Source: Alphaproteobacteria bacterium
GTDB lineage: Bacteria; Pseudomonadota; Alphaproteobacteria; MPNO01
Assembly (NCBI GenBank): GCA_965248835.1
Contig: CBDFLJ010000002.1
Location: 1,984,001-2,048,000 of the forward strand
DNA: 64,000 nt
Reading direction: 5' to 3'
In this document: positions 59,377 through 64,000 of the stretch, in pieces
Numbering within the stretch: position 1 is the stretch's first letter
Layout: every line of letters begins with the position of its first letter
Notes under the pieces: generated by a model
Database searches by the model: none
What the model saw: the letters and a program-made list of their open reading frames with translations, nothing else
What the model was told of the DNA's origin: nothing
Position numbers and translations under genes: made by a program

Positions 59377-59736
59377 ATGACAGTTTTGCGAACCGCATGC
59401 GTCCTGGTGGTGCTCGGGCTGACCGCCGGGCCGCCGGCGGCATTCGATTACAAGATCCGCGACCTCCTCGAGCCCTGTGCGGAGGGCGACAACGACTCGC
59501 GCGGCGGCGCGATCCTGGAAATGGAATGCGAACAGTATGTCAGCGGCTTTACCGATCTCTACATCCGCGCCGGCCTGGCTGAACGCGACGGCGTCTGCCT
59601 GCCTCCGGAAGGAAACCGCGCCGATGAGGTGCGTTGGGCGTTCATGCCTTGGGCGCATGAAAACTTCGACAAGTGCGACACCCCCGCGGTCGACGGATTG
59701 CGCGCGACCTTGAAATGGAAATTCAGGTGCCGATAG
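59377..59736 (+). CDS. Rap1a/Tai-like small secreted protein
   Basis: Signal peptide; L..C...C.QYVSG..D...CLP...F.C cysteine pattern; GGAGG RBS. Confidence 0.68.
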   Translation: MTVLRTACVLVVLGLTAGPPAAFDYKIRDLLEPCAEGDNDSRGGAILEMECEQYVSGFTDLYIRAGLAERDGVCLPPEGNRADEVRWAFMPWAHENFDKCDTPAVDGLRATLKWKFRCR

Positions 59737-59847
59737 CGGTGGTAGCGGCGATCACGAGGGGAATCGAAGGCGTCACGGACGTGATCGATCCCACCGAACA
59801 TTGACCGGGTGCCGCCTGCCGCCTGGCACGTCCGGCATCGGGGTCCG

Positions 59848-60447
59848 TCATGAGCCGGTCTCGGCCGCCTCTCGCCGGGTGCGGAGGTACTCGCGGGCGC
59901 GCGCGAGATAGGTCTCGATCGTCACGTCCATGCCCGCGGTCTCTTCGGGTGTGAGCTTGCGGGCGAAACGGGCCGGCCGGCCGGCCCAGAGTTCACCGGC
60001 GGGCACCCGCTTGCCCGGTGTCAGCATCGCGCCCGCGGCCAGCATGCCGCGTCCTTCGACCAACGCCTCGTCGAGGACCACTGCGCCCATGCCGACGAAG
60101 GCACCGTCCTCCAGCGTGCAGGCATGAAGCAGCGCCATGTGGCCGACCGTGACATCCGCGCCGATATAGGTGCCCTGCTTTAGGCTGTGGACGTGGATCA
60201 CGGTGCCGTCCTGGATATTGCTGCGGGCGCCGATCCGGACCGCGTGCTCGTCGCCGCGGATGACGCAGTTGAACCAGACGCCGACACCGTCTGCGATCTC
60301 GACATCGCCGATCACCACCGTGCCGTCGGCGATGAAGGCCTCGGGCGAGATCCGCGGCCATGCGCCGCGATAGGGCAGCAGCCGGGCGCCGGCGGTTGCC
60401 GGGCCGATAAGCGCCTCGGGCGGGCTGAACAGCGGCGTTCCGCTCAC
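59848..60447 (-). CDS. Gamma-carbonic anhydrase-family protein
   Basis: VIGDV, IRGD, SNIQDG..IH, TVGH..LH hexapeptide and His ligands; GTGA overlap with argC. Confidence 0.92.
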   Translation of the reverse strand: MSGTPLFSPPEALIGPATAGARLLPYRGAWPRISPEAFIADGTVVIGDVEIADGVGVWFNCVIRGDEHAVRIGARSNIQDGTVIHVHSLKQGTYIGADVTVGHMALLHACTLEDGAFVGMGAVVLDEALVEGRGMLAAGAMLTPGKRVPAGELWAGRPARFARKLTPEETAGMDVTIETYLARAREYLRTRREAAETGS

Positions 60448-61499
60448 GGGTAGAGCGGTTCCTGCTCGAGCGCCGTCGTCTCGGGCAGGCCGCACACCAG
60501 GTTCATGTTCTGGATCGCCTGCCCCGAGGCGCCCTTCACCAGGTTGTCGAGCACCGAGACGATGATCGCCCTGCCCGGCAGGCGGTCGGCGAAGACCCCG
60601 ATCAGGCAATGGTTGGACCCTCGGACGTGACGGGTGGCCGGCAGAACCTCTGCCGGCACGACCCGCACGAAAGGCTCGCCGGCATAGCGCGCGGCCAATA
60701 TGTCCCGCAGGTCGTCGGCGGTCCTGCCGTCGGACAGGCGGACATAGATGGTCGACAGGATGCCGCGGTTCATCGGCATCAGATGGGGGGTGAAGTTCAC
60801 CGTGATCGCGCGTCCGGCAGCGCTGCCGAGCTCCTGCTCGATCTCGGGTGCGTGACGGTGGGAGGCGATACCGTAGGGGTGAATGCCCTCGGAGACTTCG
60901 GCGAACAGGCTCGCCTCCTTGGCCGCGCGCCCGGCGCCAGTGACGCCGGATTTGGAATCGATGATGATCCCCGCCCCGTCATCGACCGCCCCCTCGGCCA
61001 GCAGCGGCGCGAGCGGCAGGATGGCCGAGGTGGGATAGCAGCCGGGGTTGGCGACAAGGCGCGCCGTGCGCACCGCATCCCGGGCAAGCTCGCTCAGGCC
61101 GTAGACCGCCTCCTCCTGCAGCGCCGGGGCCAGATGGTCGTGGCCGTACCACTGGGCATAGGTCGCGAGGTCCGAGATCCGGAAATCGGCCGACAGGTCG
61201 ATCACCTTCAGGTGCCGCGGCAGCGCGGCCACGACCTCCTGGGTGGTGCCGTGCGGCAGGCAGCAGAAAACGAGGTCGAGCGAGTCCCAGTCGGCATCCT
61301 GAATGCGCACCAGATCGGGCAGCGCACGGCCGCCGAACTGGGGAAAGACCGCGGCCAGAGGCTTGCCGGCATGGCGGTCGGCGGTCAGGACGGCGATCTC
61401 GACCATCGGATGGTGCAGCAGCAGCCGGACGAGCTCGGCCCCGGTATAGCCGCTGGCACCGAGGATCGCCGCGCGCACGACGTTCGATGTCTTGGTCAT
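60444..61499 (-). CDS. argC: N-acetyl-gamma-glutamyl-phosphate reductase
   Basis: GASGYTG, LPHG, DLSADFR, ANPGCY, SGVTGAG, DNLVKGASGQA. Confidence 0.98.
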   Translation of the reverse strand: MTKTSNVVRAAILGASGYTGAELVRLLLHHPMVEIAVLTADRHAGKPLAAVFPQFGGRALPDLVRIQDADWDSLDLVFCCLPHGTTQEVVAALPRHLKVIDLSADFRISDLATYAQWYGHDHLAPALQEEAVYGLSELARDAVRTARLVANPGCYPTSAILPLAPLLAEGAVDDGAGIIIDSKSGVTGAGRAAKEASLFAEVSEGIHPYGIASHRHAPEIEQELGSAAGRAITVNFTPHLMPMNRGILSTIYVRLSDGRTADDLRDILAARYAGEPFVRVVPAEVLPATRHVRGSNHCLIGVFADRLPGRAIIVSVLDNLVKGASGQAIQNMNLVCGLPETTALEQEPLYP

Positions 61500-61550
61500 G
61501 GCATCACCTCCGGAGCAGTGCCGGAACAGCGATTGAGAGCAAAGGGCGGA

Positions 61551-62048
61551 TCAGCGCTTGGAGAACTGGAAGCTTCGTCGCGCCTTTGCCTTGCCATATT
61601 TCTTTCGTTCGACCACCCTTGCGTCGCGGGTCAGGAACCCACCGCGCTTCATGATGGTGCGCAGGGCGGGCTCGGCGTGGACCAAGGCCCGCGAGATGCC
61701 GTGGCGGACCGCGCCTGCCTGGCCCGACAACCCGCCGCCTTTGACCGTGCACCAGACGTCGTACTGCCCGTTGCGGTCGGCCACCAGGAAGGGCTGGTTG
61801 AGCAGCATCTGCAGCACCGGGCGGGCGAAATAGACCGAGCCGGCGCGCCCGTTGACGCTCACCCGCCCGGCGCCGGGCTTGATCCACACCCGGGCGACGG
61901 CGTTCTTGCGCCTGCCGGTGGCGTAGGCCCGGCCCTGGTTGTCGACCTTGCGCTCATAGACGATCGGGGCGTCCTCGACCATGGTGCCCTCGGCCAGCAG
62001 GCCTTCGGGCATCACATCGCCCAGCGTGGCGGTGTCCTGGTCGGCCAT
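61551..62048 (-). CDS. rpsI: 30S ribosomal protein S9
   Basis: [38 protein letters not shown]. Confidence 0.98.
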   Translation of the reverse strand: MADQDTATLGDVMPEGLLAEGTMVEDAPIVYERKVDNQGRAYATGRRKNAVARVWIKPGAGRVSVNGRAGSVYFARPVLQMLLNQPFLVADRNGQYDVWCTVKGGGLSGQAGAVRHGISRALVHAEPALRTIMKRGGFLTRDARVVERKKYGKAKARRSFQFSKR

Positions 62049-62050
62049 GC

Positions 62051-62515
62051 CTAGTTGCTCCTGGAATTCTTGGCGTTCAACGCCGCGAGGTCGAGCGCGG
62101 CGGGTTGTTGCGCGCGGTGCGGGTGTTCGGCCCCGGCATAGACCTTGAGCTTGCGTAGCTGCTTTCGGCCCAGCGGGCCTTTGGGCAGCATGCGCTCGAT
62201 GGCTTTCTCGACCACCCGCTCGGGATGGGCGCCGTCGAGAATGGATCCCGCGGTCCGGCTCTTGATGCCGCCGGGATAGCCGGTGTGGCGATAATAGGTC
62301 TTCTGGTCGCGCTTGCGCCCGGTCAGCTTGACCTTTTCCGCATTGACGACAACGACATTGTCGCCGCAGTCGATGTGCGGTGTGAACATCGCCTTGTGCT
62401 TGCCGCGCAGCATCCGGGCCACGATAGCCGCGAGCCGGCCGACGACGATACCCTCGGCGTCGATGACGTACCAGTTGGCCTCGACATCGCCGGGCTTGGC
62501 GGAATAGGTTCTCAT
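62051..62515 (-). CDS. rplM: 50S ribosomal protein L13
   Basis: WYVIDA, GRLA, LRGKHK, DCGD, HTGYPGG, MLPK. Confidence 0.98.
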   Translation of the reverse strand: MRTYSAKPGDVEANWYVIDAEGIVVGRLAAIVARMLRGKHKAMFTPHIDCGDNVVVVNAEKVKLTGRKRDQKTYYRHTGYPGGIKSRTAGSILDGAHPERVVEKAIERMLPKGPLGRKQLRKLKVYAGAEHPHRAQQPAALDLAALNAKNSRSN

Positions 62516-62560
62516 CGGTGGGTCCCGCTTGGTGTGGCGCTTGGTGCTGGTGCGGCGCGG

Positions 62561-62588
62561 AGTATCGCAGAAGGACTTGCGCTGTCAA
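62561..62588 (-). promoter_or_regulatory. Putative sigma70 promoter of rplM-rpsI
   Basis: TTGACA-N16-GATACT on the minus strand, with an AT-rich tract upstream. Confidence 0.55.
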
Positions 62589-62665
62589 GACAATGGTAGA
62601 GGTTTATTCCATGTCTTTCAGGGACTTATATTAGAGTAACATGATATGCAGGAAGGGCGTGCGCG

Positions 62666-63481
62666 ATGGCTGGACCGATCGCCGAAACCGCGGTGAAACA
62701 AACCGACGAACCCGTGTTGCTGCGCGAGGACGGGGACGGGATCGCGACCCTGGTGCTCAACCGGCCGCGGGCCCGCAATGCGCTGTCCACGGCGCTACTC
62801 TCGGCTTTGCAGGCCGAGATCGATGCGATCGCACAGGATTCGACGGTCCGCGTCGTGGTGATCGGCGCCAACGGCCCGGCCTTCTGCGCCGGCCACGACA
62901 TGCGCGAGCTCCGGGCGGACCCGACGCGGCAGGCCCACGCGGCGACCTTCGCACGGTGCAGCGGGCTGATGCTGTCGATCACCCGCCTGCCCAAGCCGGT
63001 GATCGCCCGCATCCAGGGGACCGCGACCGCAGCCGGATGCCAGCTCGTGGCGACCTGCGATCTGGCGGTCGCCGCCGATACCGCGAAGTTCGCAACGCCG
63101 GGTGTCGATATCGGGCTGTTCTGCTCGACACCGATGGTCGCGACCAGCCGCAACCTGCCGCGCAAGCGCGCGATGGAGATGCTGTTCACCGGCGCGCCGA
63201 TCGATGCGGCAACCGCCGAGCGCTACGACCTGATCAACCGGGTCGTCGCGCCGGCTGCGCTCGATGAGGAGACCAGGGCGCTCGCGGCCGACCTCGCGTC
63301 GAAATCCGCACTGACGCTTGCGCTTGGCAAGGAGGCGTTCTACCGCCAGCTCGAGAAGGGGCTGGCCGACGCCTACGACGACGCCGGCGAGGTGATGACT
63401 CGAAACATGCTGGCCCACGATGCCGAAGAGGGCATCGATGCGTTCCTGGAGAAGCGATCGCCTAGCTGGCAGGACCGCTGA
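62666..63481 (+). CDS. Enoyl-CoA hydratase/isomerase family protein
   Basis: LNRP..RNALS, FCAGHD, ATAAGCQL, FATPG, EGIDAF. Confidence 0.93.
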   Translation: MAGPIAETAVKQTDEPVLLREDGDGIATLVLNRPRARNALSTALLSALQAEIDAIAQDSTVRVVVIGANGPAFCAGHDMRELRADPTRQAHAATFARCSGLMLSITRLPKPVIARIQGTATAAGCQLVATCDLAVAADTAKFATPGVDIGLFCSTPMVATSRNLPRKRAMEMLFTGAPIDAATAERYDLINRVVAPAALDEETRALAADLASKSALTLALGKEAFYRQLEKGLADAYDDAGEVMTRNMLAHDAEEGIDAFLEKRSPSWQDR

Positions 63482-64000
63482 GCGCCTGATCGAGGTCGCG
63501 GATCAGGTCGTCGACCGACTCGATCCCGATCGACAGGCGCACGACATCGGGACCGGCGCCGGCGCCGATCTGCTGTTCCTCGGTGAGCTGGCGATGGGTC
63601 GTCGAGGCGGGGTGGATGATCAGGCTGCGCGTATCGCCGATATTTGCCAGATGCGAGAACAGCTCGACCCGGTCGACGATCGCGGCACCGGCTTGGTAAC
63701 CGCCTTTGACGCCAAAGGTGAACACCGCGCCGGCGCCCCGCGGCAGGTACTTCCTGGCGAGCGCGTGATAGGGACTCGACGGGAGCCCGGAATAGGACAC
63801 CCAGGCGACCTTCGGGTGAGCCTCGAGCCATTCGGCGACCGCGAGCGCGTTGCTGCAATGCCGGTCCATGCGCAGCGGCAGCGTCTCCACGCCCTGGAGC
63901 AGGTTCCACGCGGCCTGCGGGGCCATGCACGGCCCGTAGTCGCGCAGCGCCACCGCGCGCAGCTTCATCGTGAAGCCGAAATCGCCGAACGTCTCGGCGA
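63462..64000 (-). CDS. O-acetylhomoserine aminocarboxypropyltransferase (5' part outside the window)
   Basis: LRDYG, QGVETL.LRM.RH, HLANIGDTRSLIIHPASTTH.QL, RLSIGIE. Confidence 0.93.
   Translation of the reverse strand, partial: AETFGDFGFTMKLRAVALRDYGPCMAPQAAWNLLQGVETLPLRMDRHCSNALAVAEWLEAHPKVAWVSYSGLPSSPYHALARKYLPRGAGAVFTFGVKGGYQAGAAIVDRVELFSHLANIGDTRSLIIHPASTTHRQLTEEQQIGAGAGPDVVRLSIGIESVDDLIRDLDQALSGPAS

Overview
High-GC alphaproteobacterial chromosome segment, probably Rhodospirillales-like, judged from popZ, the pcm-tolC-popZ-valS order and the aminotransferase-hom-glpX-recJ-tRNA-Glu order. Intact core genes (ilvD partial, valS, popZ, tolC, pcm, cyclophilin, hom, glpX, recJ, argC, rpsI, rplM, metY-like partial) alternate with accessory blocks that start right after three tRNA genes (Cys, Asn, Glu). 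The tRNA-Asn block is a decayed islet with three type II toxin-antitoxin pairs, each with its own operator palindrome, plus an IS5, an IS21 end and a DUF2971-like remnant. The tRNA-Glu block (about 24 kb) is an uncharacterised catabolic cluster: two molybdenum-hydroxylase large subunits without CoxM/CoxS partners, a non-canonical SdhA-fold flavoprotein with a stand-alone 2Fe-2S protein, two M24-fold proteins lacking the metal ligands, two LIV-type ABC transporters and an LLM oxidoreductase. The other candidate novel system is a two-gene unit at 23.3-25.8 kb: a QueG/reductive-dehalogenase-like 2x[4Fe-4S] protein and an HTH-like domain fused to a catalytically degenerate acyl-CoA-ligase domain. 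Frameshifts and deletions are confined to accessory genes. No CRISPR array, rRNA or integrase was seen. All calls come from motif recognition by eye; no database searches were run.
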